NCBI GenBank assembly: GCA_900548385.1
Contig: URKJ01000008.1
Location: 43,585 to 107,584, forward strand
Reading direction: 5' to 3'
Origin: an uncultured bacterium
GTDB taxonomy: Bacteria; Verrucomicrobiota; Lentisphaeria; Victivallales; UBA1829
Length of the DNA stretch: 64,000 nt
Shown here: one piece after another, positions 39,022-47,720 of the stretch
Layout: each line of letters starts with the position of its first letter
Position numbering within the stretch: the stretch's first letter is position 1
The notes under the pieces: model-generated
The model's database searches: none
What the model was told of the DNA's origin: nothing
The model's input: the letters and a program-made list of their open reading frames with translations, nothing else
Position numbers and translations under genes: made by a program

Positions 39022-41196
39022 TCAGAGAGCTTGATATGCGGCAACGTCTTCCGCTGAAACTTCGCCATCCGCACAAAGTTTGTCCAGAGAACTTCTCATC
39101 GTCGTCATGCCGATGGAGGCGGAGGTTTCAAGAACCGAGAGCAGCTGATGGGTCTTGCCTTCACGGATCAGCGCCTGAACCGGCGGAGTGCCGATCATGA
39201 TCTCGAACGCCGCCACGCGGCCGTGTCCGTTCAGACGCGGGAGCAGACGCTGTGCCACGACTCCGGTCACGATATTGGAGAACTGCTGGCGGATCTGGTT
39301 CTGCTGCGCGGACGGGAAGGAGTCGACGATTCGCTCAACGGTCTGCACGGTGTTGTTGGCGTGCAGGGTCGCAAGCACCAGATGACCTGTTTCGGCGGCG
39401 GTGATTGCCGTTGCGATCGTTTCCGTATCGCGCAGCTCGCCGACGAGGATGATATTCGGCGCCTGACGCATTGCCGCGCGCAGTCCGCCTGCGAATGAAA
39501 GCGTATCCCGTCCGAGTTCCCGCTGTTCAATGAAACTGGAAATGTTCTCGTAGGTGTATTCGATCGGGTCTTCGATTGTGATGATGTGCTTGTTCTGGGT
39601 TTTGTTGATCTCGTTCAGCAGACTTGCGAGCGTGGTCGATTTACCGCTTCCGGTCGGTCCGGTGACGAGAATCAGCCCCTGTTTTTTGCTCATGAGCTGC
39701 GAGAGGACCGGAGGCAGGTTCAATTCCGCCGGAGTGGGGATGCGGTCCTGGAGTACACGGCCGACCATTGCGGGGGTTCCGCGCTGGAAGAATGCGTTCA
39801 GGCGGAAGCGCTGAAGCTGGAATTTTTTCCCCGGATCCTGACTCGGCAGCTGCGCGGTGATGGCAAAGTCGAGTTCGCGTTTTTCCTCGTATGTGACCCG
39901 CTGCTGTCTGCCGATGATACTGTAAATCAGGCGCTGAACATCTTTCGCCGCCAGTTCCGGCATACTCAGCGGAGTGAATTTGCCGCGTTTGCAGAGGACC
40001 GGCGGGGCGTTGACCACAAGCAGAAAGTCGCTGGCGCCGGAATCTGCCGCGGCTTTGAAAATATCGCGCATGTCGAGGCTGTCGAGACGGCTGGAGCGTT
40101 TGCTCTGTTCCTGTTTTTCCTCGTCGGAAAGCCCGATGTTGCGGAAGAACAGTTTCAGTTCATCGGGATTGTCCGACGCCTTCAGGGCGGTTTCTTCCGT
40201 GATCGCTCCGGATTTGACGAGACGGAACAGTGCGGTATTGAAGTTCTGCATTCCGAACTGCCCTCCGAGACGGATGGAGAGTTCCAGCCCGCTGATGTCC
40301 TGACGTTCAATCTGCTTTTTCACCGTTCCCGTGCCGACCAGGATCTCCTGTGCGGGGACAAGGCCGGAGCCGTCGGCGCGCGGAAGCAGGCGCTGGGAGA
40401 TGACCGCTTCCAGAACCTGCGCAAGGTTGTAGGTCATCTGTTCGCGGGAACCTTCCGGGCACATGTTGATCAGACGTTTCACGGTTCCGGCGGCGTCGCT
40501 GGTGTGGAGAGTCGAGAAAACGAGGTGACCGGTCTGTGCGGCGGTAACCGCGATCTGCATCGTTTCCAAATCGCGCATTTCACCGATCATGATGACGTCG
40601 GGGCTTTCGCGCAGGGCATTGCGGAGCGCTTCGCCAAAGCCGGAACCGAGTGCGTCGACTTCACGCTGGGAGATCAGTGACAGCTTATCCTGATGGAGAT
40701 ATTCGATCGGGTCTTCCAGTGTCAGAATATGCTTGCGGCTGTTGGAGTTGATATAGTCGATCATGGCGGTCAGTGTGGTGGACTTTCCGCTTCCGGTGGT
40801 TCCGGTCACGAGGACCAGCCCGCGTTCCAGCATGGCGATCTTGCGGATCGTATCTGCGAGGCCGAGCTTTTCAAAGTCGAGTTTGCCGCCCATGCGGATC
40901 GGTCTTGCCACGAAGCAGGGACCGTTGACCGTTTCAAAAAAGTTCATACGGAAACGGTTCTGCGGGTCGTAAATATAGGAGATGTCGTAGCCGCGGGTAT
41001 GGGTATATTTCTCTTCCCCCGCCGTTCCGATCAGGGAGATTCGGAACTGGTTGATCTCTTCCGGCGTGATTTCCGGGAACTCCACCTGAAGCATTTCTCC
41101 GCCGGAACGGCAGGACGGGACTTTCCCGGAGGAAATAAACAGGTCGGTTACCTTGTTTTCCAGAGCGAATTTCAGCAGTGTGACGATGTTTTCCAT
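39022..41196 (-). CDS. pilT: Tandem-domain PilT-family ATPase (N-terminal PilU-like module fused to C-terminal PilT-like module)
   Basis: Module 1 has GTTGSGKSTT, DVIMIGEMRD and GHLVFSTLHT. Module 2 has GPTGSGKSTT, NIILVGELRD and GHLVLATLHA, plus an AIRNLIRE-like motif (ALIREGKTHQ). They are joined by an acidic/Ser-rich linker SDEEKQEQSKRSSRLDSLD. A single 724-aa frame. Confidence 0.9.
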   Translation of the reverse strand: MENIVTLLKFALENKVTDLFISSGKVPSCRSGGEMLQVEFPEITPEEINQFRISLIGTAGEEKYTHTRGYDISYIYDPQNRFRMNFFETVNGPCFVARPIRMGGKLDFEKLGLADTIRKIAMLERGLVLVTGTTGSGKSTTLTAMIDYINSNSRKHILTLEDPIEYLHQDKLSLISQREVDALGSGFGEALRNALRESPDVIMIGEMRDLETMQIAVTAAQTGHLVFSTLHTSDAAGTVKRLINMCPEGSREQMTYNLAQVLEAVISQRLLPRADGSGLVPAQEILVGTGTVKKQIERQDISGLELSIRLGGQFGMQNFNTALFRLVKSGAITEETALKASDNPDELKLFFRNIGLSDEEKQEQSKRSSRLDSLDMRDIFKAAADSGASDFLLVVNAPPVLCKRGKFTPLSMPELAAKDVQRLIYSIIGRQQRVTYEEKRELDFAITAQLPSQDPGKKFQLQRFRLNAFFQRGTPAMVGRVLQDRIPTPAELNLPPVLSQLMSKKQGLILVTGPTGSGKSTTLASLLNEINKTQNKHIITIEDPIEYTYENISSFIEQRELGRDTLSFAGGLRAAMRQAPNIILVGELRDTETIATAITAAETGHLVLATLHANNTVQTVERIVDSFPSAQQNQIRQQFSNIVTGVVAQRLLPRLNGHGRVAAFEIMIGTPPVQALIREGKTHQLLSVLETSASIGMTTMRSSLDKLCADGEVSAEDVAAYQAL

Positions 41197-41570
41197 GAGT
41201 TAGGCCTGTTCGTTTAAGGTTGTTTCCGGCGATCCGGACGGCAGACGCCTGTCTGCTGCGGTCCCGTTTATCTTATTGCTTTATTGTGTGACAGAATTGT
41301 TTTCTCCGGTTGTTCATGACAAATCATCGGAAAACAATTTGCCATAATCGTATTCGTCATATTATAGCATGAATACATGGAAAAATCAAGAGCATTTCAG
41401 GGATTCTCATAAGAAACAGAGGGCTGAAACCGTTTTCCGGAACAGAAAATGCGTATTCAGAATATGGGTTATCGGGATGACCGCTTGTGGAATATTTTTA
41501 TGAGGTGTAAAGAATTTTGATAAAATTGCAAACCTGTAATTTTTTTGTCATGCTCCCGTTATCTGGACAG

Positions 41571-41578
41571 TGTATAAT
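41571..41578 (+). promoter_or_regulatory. Candidate extended -10 promoter element (TGTATAAT) for the GT2 synthase gene
   Basis: TGTATAAT lies 52 nt upstream of the ATG at 41630 in a 433-bp AT-rich intergenic region. The same octamer recurs at 43745 and 51667. Confidence 0.4.
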
Positions 41579-41629
41579 TCAAAAATAGAAAATACATGAA
41601 CATTTATGTAAGGAAAGGATTTCGGGCTT

Positions 41630-43018
41630 ATGAACACATACGGAATACGGACTTTGAAAATGATCACATGGATTGTCGCCGGACTGTCGCTGGCGGGAGC
41701 GTTTCACATGCTGTTTACGATGAATGTCAGCTCTTTCGTTGTCAACGGGTTCAGTTTTGTGCTGCTGATGTTCGGGCTGATCGTCTCCTGCATCACGCTG
41801 GGGTATTTTCTGCTTCAGGGGATTCTTGCCTGGTTTTACAAGGAGGCGCCGTCTCTGAACGATTCCGAGTTGCCGAAATGCACCGTGATCGTTCCCGCCT
41901 ATAACGAAGGGGAATACGTCGCGACCACACTCCGCAGTGTGCTGGAGAGCGATTATCCGGCGGACAAGTTGGAAGTCATTGCCGTGAACGACGGTTCCAG
42001 GGATGATACGTGGGACTGGATCTGCAAGGCTGCCCGGGAGTTTCCGGGCAGGATCGTCGCCAAAAATCTGATCCGCAACGGAGGCAAACGCCGGGCGCTT
42101 TATGAAGCGATCAAGATTGCGACCGGCGATATTGCCGTGACGATCGACAGCGATTCCGCGATTACGGTTGATGCGCTCCGCAGGATTGTCGCGCCGTTTG
42201 CCAAACCGACAGTCGGCGCGGTTGCCGGAAATATCCGGGTGACCAATCTGGAAGAGGGAATGATTCCGAAAATGCTGGATGTTGCGTTCGCATTCGGTTT
42301 TGAGTTCATCCGTTGTGCGCAGAGTCTGATCGGTTCGGTGCTCTGCACGCCGGGAGCGCTCAGTGCATACCGTCTTTCTGCAATCCGCCCGCTGATGGAG
42401 GAATGGGTCAATCAGACGTTTATGGGGCGCCCTTCCGGTATTGGCGAGGATCGCGCGATTACCAGTATGCTCCTCCGGGAAAACTGGCGCGTGGAGTTTC
42501 AGCATAACGCGATCGCATTCACCAAAATGCCGGTTAATTATAAGACGCTCTGCAAGATGCTGATCCGTTGGACGCGCAGTGATATTCGTGAAAATCTGAT
42601 TATGCTCGGCGTGGTTCTCCGCCGGTTCGAACCGTTCAATCCGGAACTGCTCGGGTTGCAGCTGAACCTGATCGTGCAGAGTATTGCGATCCTTCTTCCG
42701 ATCGTTTTCATTCCGATGGGGTTGTTCGGGTTTGTGGTCAATCCGCCGCTGTTCCTGTACTACACGGTGATCAGCACAATGGTGTGGTCTGTGGTTCCCG
42801 CGGTGATCTATGGCATGCGTTACGGCTGGGGGGAAGCGGTATGGTCGTTCATCTATGGCTTGTACAGCATCCCGTGTCTCAGCTGGCTTCCCGTTTATTC
42901 GCTGATTACGGTTCAGAATTCCAAATGGATGACACGCGGAGTGCCCGTGAAACCGGCTCCGATCCTTACGATCACACAGCCGATTCCCGCCGGAGCGGTC
43001 CGGGACCGTGCTGCGTAA
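41630..43018 (+). CDS. Membrane-embedded processive family-2 glycosyltransferase (HasA/NodC/chitin-synthase-like)
   Basis: VIVPAYNEGEY, IAVNDGSRDDT, VTIDSDSA (DxD), GEDRAITS and LIRWTRS (the QxxRW-type motif). Hydrophobic segments flank the catalytic domain at both the N- and C-termini. Confidence 0.85.
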   Translation: MNTYGIRTLKMITWIVAGLSLAGAFHMLFTMNVSSFVVNGFSFVLLMFGLIVSCITLGYFLLQGILAWFYKEAPSLNDSELPKCTVIVPAYNEGEYVATTLRSVLESDYPADKLEVIAVNDGSRDDTWDWICKAAREFPGRIVAKNLIRNGGKRRALYEAIKIATGDIAVTIDSDSAITVDALRRIVAPFAKPTVGAVAGNIRVTNLEEGMIPKMLDVAFAFGFEFIRCAQSLIGSVLCTPGALSAYRLSAIRPLMEEWVNQTFMGRPSGIGEDRAITSMLLRENWRVEFQHNAIAFTKMPVNYKTLCKMLIRWTRSDIRENLIMLGVVLRRFEPFNPELLGLQLNLIVQSIAILLPIVFIPMGLFGFVVNPPLFLYYTVISTMVWSVVPAVIYGMRYGWGEAVWSFIYGLYSIPCLSWLPVYSLITVQNSKWMTRGVPVKPAPILTITQPIPAGAVRDRAA

Positions 43019-43045
43019 AGAGGTTTTTCCTTAAAAGTAATAAAG

Positions 43046-43088
43046 ACGGAGTGTCTGTTCCCCGGTTCGGAGATGCTCCGTTTTTTTT
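43046..43088 (+). terminator. Rho-independent terminator after the GT2 gene
   Basis: ACGGAG ... CTCCGT stem followed by a T8 run (43081..43088). Confidence 0.6.
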
Positions 43089-43094
43089 ATGGTA

Positions 43095-43580
43095 TTATTG
43101 CTTTCCGGATTCCGGGACGATATCCGGTTCGTTTTTCCGTGTCGCCGCGGGTTTTCCGGAATCGGCGGGACGGCTTTCCAGCAGTTTCCGGTAATATTCC
43201 TTTTTGTATTTCAGAACTTCAAACTGCTGCTGGAGATTTTCGAGCTGACTGCGCAGGCTCTCTTCCTGCTGAAAGATGATGCGGGCGCGTTCCGGGATCG
43301 TGGAATCTCCTTTTTCGCACATGCGGATATAACGGCGGACCTGCTCAATCGGCAGTCCGGTCGCCCGCAGGCAGTGAACCAGACGCAGCCAGCTGACCGC
43401 GTATTCGGAAAACATGCGGATGTTGCCGTCCGTCCGGTCCACGCCGGGGATCAGATCGGAGTTCTCATAATAACGGATCGTGTGCGGGGAAAGGTTCATC
43501 AGCTCGGCAACTTTTTTTACGGTATATTTCGGTGTGCGGTCCTGCGACGGGACAAACGGGCGTATCTTTGCCATGTTCAA
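43095..43580 (-). CDS. MerR-family transcriptional regulator
   Basis: YTVKKVAELMNLSPHTIRYYENSDLIPGVDRTDGNIRMF HTH/wing, followed by a coiled-coil dimerisation helix. 161 aa. Confidence 0.88.
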   Translation of the reverse strand: MNMAKIRPFVPSQDRTPKYTVKKVAELMNLSPHTIRYYENSDLIPGVDRTDGNIRMFSEYAVSWLRLVHCLRATGLPIEQVRRYIRMCEKGDSTIPERARIIFQQEESLRSQLENLQQQFEVLKYKKEYYRKLLESRPADSGKPAATRKNEPDIVPESGKQ

Positions 43581-43744
43581 TTCCTTCCGGTTCTGTTTCC
43601 GGATAAAATAGCAGATTTCCGGAAAAAATCAAATTTACCGTATTTTCTGTCCGTTTTTCTCCGCTTTTTATTGGACAATATTACGATTATGTGTTATTTT
43701 TTCCGTTGTTTTCCGCTTTGTCCAAACGCATCGGGCGAAGTGCG

Positions 43745-43752
43745 TGTATAAT
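43745..43752 (+). promoter_or_regulatory. Candidate extended -10 promoter element (TGTATAAT)
   Basis: TGTATAAT lies 35 nt upstream of the ATG at 43787, which has an AAGGAG RBS at 43775..43780. Confidence 0.4.
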
Positions 43753-43786
43753 ATGGTCAGACAGCCAACTTAACAAGGAGTTTGTC

Positions 43787-46249
43787 ATGCATCTGAAAAA
43801 TGTGACTTTGGAACTCAGTTCCAAGCCGTTCCGGGATGAATCCGAGGCGACCATGTATTCGGTCTGCCGCCACATGTTTACGCAGTGGAAGGATCTGACC
43901 GACACGGCGGATGTGGTGTCGGTCATGCTGTGGACTTCGGACGGCAGTGAGATTTTTGAATATACCGGAGATCTCTCTCAGCGTTTTGAATGGGCATACT
44001 GGTGCGGATGCGCCAATCATTGTACCCGTCCGGAAAATCCGACGGAACGGGAGAAGCATCATACGCATAATTTCCCCGTCAAATATATTCCGGAGGCGGG
44101 GCCGCGGCCGTATTCCTGGTTGAAACGCCTGATCGAAGTTCTCCGCGAAACCGGACGGGAGATTACCGGAAAGCCGATCCGCATCGGTGCAACGTATGAT
44201 AACGGTCCGGAGTTTGCCATCTCCAAATTCAAGTATAAGACGCATCGGGAGATTGCGCAGGGGCACACCATGTTTCCGAACAGTGTCGTTACCTGCACCG
44301 CACGCCTGCACGCTGATCCGCAGCCGTATGCCGGATTTCCCGGCGGGATTCCGGAAGGAACGTCGGTCGGCACATTTCTTGCGAAACAGTTCAAGGCGTT
44401 TGCCCGTGACCTTGGTTTTGATTATCTCTGGCTTTCCAACGGAATGGGCTTCGGTACGGAGACCTGGGGGATCACCGGGATGCTTTTTGACAAAAAGCGG
44501 TTTTATCCGGAAAAGGCGGATGAAGCCGCACAGAAAATGCTGGATTTCTGGAAAGATTTCACCGAAGCATATCCGGAATGCGTGATCGAAACGCGCGGAA
44601 GCAATTTTTCCGCCGGAGTGGAGATCGCCACGGATGCCTGTCCGATCCGCGAACTGTACCGCGATTACAAAATCGCCCCGCCTGTGAACTCGCCGTGGGC
44701 GGCGTTGAATTTCAATACCGGGCTTGAGATCGTCGCGTGGATGTCTCATGTGGCGGAACTGCCCGACGAGCGTTTCCCGTTCCGCTTCTATATCCATGAT
44801 CCGTGGTTTATGAACAGCCCGTGGCTTGACCGCTACGGCAGGGAGCCGTGGGATCTTTTCCAGCCGCTGAGCATCGGACGGATCGACGGGAAAGGGCGCG
44901 TGAGCATGGCAAACAGCGTTGCCATGCTGTCGGTCGACGATACCTGGGGGCGGATGCCGGATCAGGTTCCCCGTGAAGTGATTCCGCTTCTGCACGATGC
45001 GTTCGACAACGGTCCCGACCGCCCCGGTCCGCTTGTCTGGATCTATCCGTTTGACGAATATTCCGAACTGGTGCGCGGTGCGGATCCCCGGCCGGATGTC
45101 GTATTCACCGAGGATATGTTCATCGGCGAATGCGTACAGGAGGGGGTGCCGCTGAATACGGTCGTCAGTACAGGCAATTTCCGCCGGCTGATGGCGGACC
45201 GCAGCCGCTGTCTGGATTCATCCGTGCTTGTCGTTCCCGTTTCCGCCGCGGATGGCGCGAATATGGATGCGTTGGAGCATTTCCTCGGAAACGGCGGCAA
45301 AGTTCTGTTCTACGGAGCGCTTCAAGGCGCGTCGGAACGACTCCGTTCTCTGCTTCAGCTGAGATGCGATACCGCCGTATCGGGAGATGTGACGATTGAA
45401 AACCGGATGCCGGGGGACTGTTATCAGGGGGCTTCTCCTGCCGCGACCGCGCATATCCTGCCGCAGTTCGCCTGCGGCGGACTGGTCGAGGTTCCGGCGG
45501 AAAATGCGGCATCGAAGCCGTGTGCCTGGGCAGTCCGCGACGGAGTCCGCCGTGTCGCCGCATTGCGCCGCACTCTGGAAAACGGGGCGGAGATCGGATT
45601 CGTCCGTGCGATTCTACCCTCCGCCGCGGAAGTGAAGCCCGGACGCGGATTCGATTACGGCAGCCGGACGGAGATTTATCCGACGCCGCGGCTCATGCGT
45701 GATCTGCTGGCGGAATTCGGCTGGAAGATCCGCTGTTTCGCTTACAATGAAGAAACGCAGATGCCGCGGACCTGTATTTCCCGGCACGATAACGCATTCT
45801 TCTTCACCGTCTATGCTCCCGACACAACGGCGGAAATGCGTGTGAATTCTCCGTATGGCGCGCCGCTGTTGAGCGAGATGGAAACACGGATCGACGAAAA
45901 CGGCGATGCGGTCTGGCATCCCGGAAAATGCTGGCACAGGGAGTGCCGCTGTTTCGTGAAACAGTCGCAGCCGTCGGTGATCTCCGCAAAGATTCAGCAT
46001 CAGGCGTTTCCGTACTATTCGGAGATCGGACGCCGCAACTATTCCGGCTTCCGCGATGCGGAAGTGCGGTTTTTCGTGCCGGAGTCGGCAAAGGGCAAAC
46101 TGGAGATCGTCAATTCTCCGGACAGTGCGGAGTACAGGCTGTTCTCCCTGACGCCGGTTGAATATGAATGGGAGAAGACTCCCGCCGGAACCTGTGCGGT
46201 TCTGAAACATGTAAACGGTTATCTTTACTTTTCCATGGTGAACGAATGA
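43787..46249 (+). CDS. Cytoplasmic 820-aa protein of unknown function (possible glycoside hydrolase/phosphorylase-like multidomain enzyme)
   Basis: Strong RBS and no signal peptide. Aromatic/Asp-rich stretches such as DLGFDYLWLSNGMGFGTETWG and IHDPWFMNSPWLDRYGREPWD. A mid-region (SVLVVPVSAADGANMDALEHFLGNGGKVLFYG) is reminiscent of the GATase-like trimerisation domain of GH42/GH112 enzymes. I cannot assign a family by eye. Confidence 0.6.
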   Translation: MHLKNVTLELSSKPFRDESEATMYSVCRHMFTQWKDLTDTADVVSVMLWTSDGSEIFEYTGDLSQRFEWAYWCGCANHCTRPENPTEREKHHTHNFPVKYIPEAGPRPYSWLKRLIEVLRETGREITGKPIRIGATYDNGPEFAISKFKYKTHREIAQGHTMFPNSVVTCTARLHADPQPYAGFPGGIPEGTSVGTFLAKQFKAFARDLGFDYLWLSNGMGFGTETWGITGMLFDKKRFYPEKADEAAQKMLDFWKDFTEAYPECVIETRGSNFSAGVEIATDACPIRELYRDYKIAPPVNSPWAALNFNTGLEIVAWMSHVAELPDERFPFRFYIHDPWFMNSPWLDRYGREPWDLFQPLSIGRIDGKGRVSMANSVAMLSVDDTWGRMPDQVPREVIPLLHDAFDNGPDRPGPLVWIYPFDEYSELVRGADPRPDVVFTEDMFIGECVQEGVPLNTVVSTGNFRRLMADRSRCLDSSVLVVPVSAADGANMDALEHFLGNGGKVLFYGALQGASERLRSLLQLRCDTAVSGDVTIENRMPGDCYQGASPAATAHILPQFACGGLVEVPAENAASKPCAWAVRDGVRRVAALRRTLENGAEIGFVRAILPSAAEVKPGRGFDYGSRTEIYPTPRLMRDLLAEFGWKIRCFAYNEETQMPRTCISRHDNAFFFTVYAPDTTAEMRVNSPYGAPLLSEMETRIDENGDAVWHPGKCWHRECRCFVKQSQPSVISAKIQHQAFPYYSEIGRRNYSGFRDAEVRFFVPESAKGKLEIVNSPDSAEYRLFSLTPVEYEWEKTPAGTCAVLKHVNGYLYFSMVNE

Positions 46250-47706
46250 AAATTGAACGCAGAAAACCGCTTGCCGCCAATGTCGGCATCCTCTCCGTCG
46301 GACTCGACACTTACTGGGGACAGTTCCCCGGTCTGCTGGACGAGATGAATAAAAAAACAGCCGTCCTGGTTGAAAAAGTCCGTTCTCACTCCGTGGCGGT
46401 CCGGGATTTCGGCATGGTTGATAATTCTCAGAAGGCCTATGAGGTGCTTCCGAAGCTGAAAGCCGCGGATCTTGACGTTCTGTTCATTGATATGGTGACG
46501 TATGCGACCAGCGCCACGTTCGGTCCGGTCATCCGCGAAATGGAGTGCCCGGTGGTGCTCGTTGCGCTTCAGCCGCTCAGTGCGATGGATTACGCGCACG
46601 GGACCACGTTCATGCAGCTCTGCAATGACGATCTCTGTTCCGTTCCCGAATTTACCGGTGTGGCGATCCGGATGGGAAGACCGGTTTCGGAAGTGATCAT
46701 CGGGATGCTGGACGGCGATGAAAAAGCCGATTCCGCAATCGCCGAATGGTGCCGCATTGCGCATGTGCGCCACGACCTCCGCAAAGCGCGTCTCGGACAC
46801 ATGGGGCATGTTTTGGAGGCGATGCTTGACATGCAGACCGACCCGACGGCGGTTACCGCTTCGTTCGGTTGTCATGTGGTCCAGTGCGAACCGGACGAGA
46901 TCATGAGTGAATTCGTGTCTCTGGAAGCGGACGATCCGGCGGTTCAGGCAATGTCGAAACGGATTCTTGAATTCTTCGATACGCCGGATCCGGTTTCCGA
47001 TCCGGTCACGACCAGGCTGACCGACGCCGATCTGCTTACCGCTTCACGCGCCGCCGTGGCTCTGGAACGTTTCATCGCAAAAAAGAAACTGGACGGTTTC
47101 GCTTATTATTACGAGGCTGCCGCCGGATCGGAAATGCGGAAACTGGTGACAAACTTCATCGTCGGAAATTCGCTCCTGACCGGAGCCGGATTCCCGATGT
47201 GCGGCGAATTCGATATCAAAACCTGCATTGCGATGCTGATCATGGACCGACTGGAGATCGGCGGCAGTTTTGCGGAATTCCATCCGATCGACTTTGACCG
47301 TGATACCGTTCTGGTCGGTCACGACGGACCGCACCATCTGAACATTGCCGACCGCAAGCCGGTTCTGCGCAGTCTGAAGAAGTATCACGGCAAACCCGGC
47401 AGCGGCGCCGGAGTGGAGTTCAATATCAAAACCGGTCCGATCACGATGCTGAGCATCGGGGTGAAAGCGGACGGCAAATTCAAATTCATTGTGGCGGAAG
47501 GGGAGTCGGTTGCCGGTCCGATCCCTCCGACGGGCAACACCAACACGCACGGCAGATTCCTGCCGGATGTCCGTACTTTCCTGAACCGCTGGTGCATGGA
47601 AGGCCCGACGCATCATTTTGCGCTCGGCGTGGGACATCATGCGGCAACGATCGCAAAGGTCGCCCGGAGTTTCGGCGTCGAATGTGTGATCGTGCCGGAT
47701 AAATGA
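46246..47706 (+). CDS. L-arabinose isomerase (AraA) family sugar isomerase
   Basis: GEFDIKTCIAMLIM resembles AraA GEGDWKTAALLRIM, and GPTHHFALGVGHH resembles AraA GGAHHTVFS. The ATG overlaps the upstream stop (ATGA at 46246..46249). Confidence 0.75.
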   Translation: MKIERRKPLAANVGILSVGLDTYWGQFPGLLDEMNKKTAVLVEKVRSHSVAVRDFGMVDNSQKAYEVLPKLKAADLDVLFIDMVTYATSATFGPVIREMECPVVLVALQPLSAMDYAHGTTFMQLCNDDLCSVPEFTGVAIRMGRPVSEVIIGMLDGDEKADSAIAEWCRIAHVRHDLRKARLGHMGHVLEAMLDMQTDPTAVTASFGCHVVQCEPDEIMSEFVSLEADDPAVQAMSKRILEFFDTPDPVSDPVTTRLTDADLLTASRAAVALERFIAKKKLDGFAYYYEAAAGSEMRKLVTNFIVGNSLLTGAGFPMCGEFDIKTCIAMLIMDRLEIGGSFAEFHPIDFDRDTVLVGHDGPHHLNIADRKPVLRSLKKYHGKPGSGAGVEFNIKTGPITMLSIGVKADGKFKFIVAEGESVAGPIPPTGNTNTHGRFLPDVRTFLNRWCMEGPTHHFALGVGHHAATIAKVARSFGVECVIVPDK

Positions 47707-47720
47707 CCGGATTGCGGAAT

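Noticed and set aside
36524-39034. Plus-strand 836-aa ORF
   Set aside because: It is antisense to the 1086-aa mosaic gene, which has zinc-ribbon, ankyrin and GspE-like motifs plus an RBS. The plus-strand product is Arg/Gly/Cys-rich repeat noise mirroring the Pro/Ala repeats.
41243-41258. Short hairpin GCAGAC-GCCT-GTCTGC in the 5' region of the tandem ATPase operon, considered as a riboswitch or terminator
   Set aside because: The stem is only 6 bp. No T-tract lies in the relevant (minus) orientation, and it resembles no riboswitch class I can recognise.
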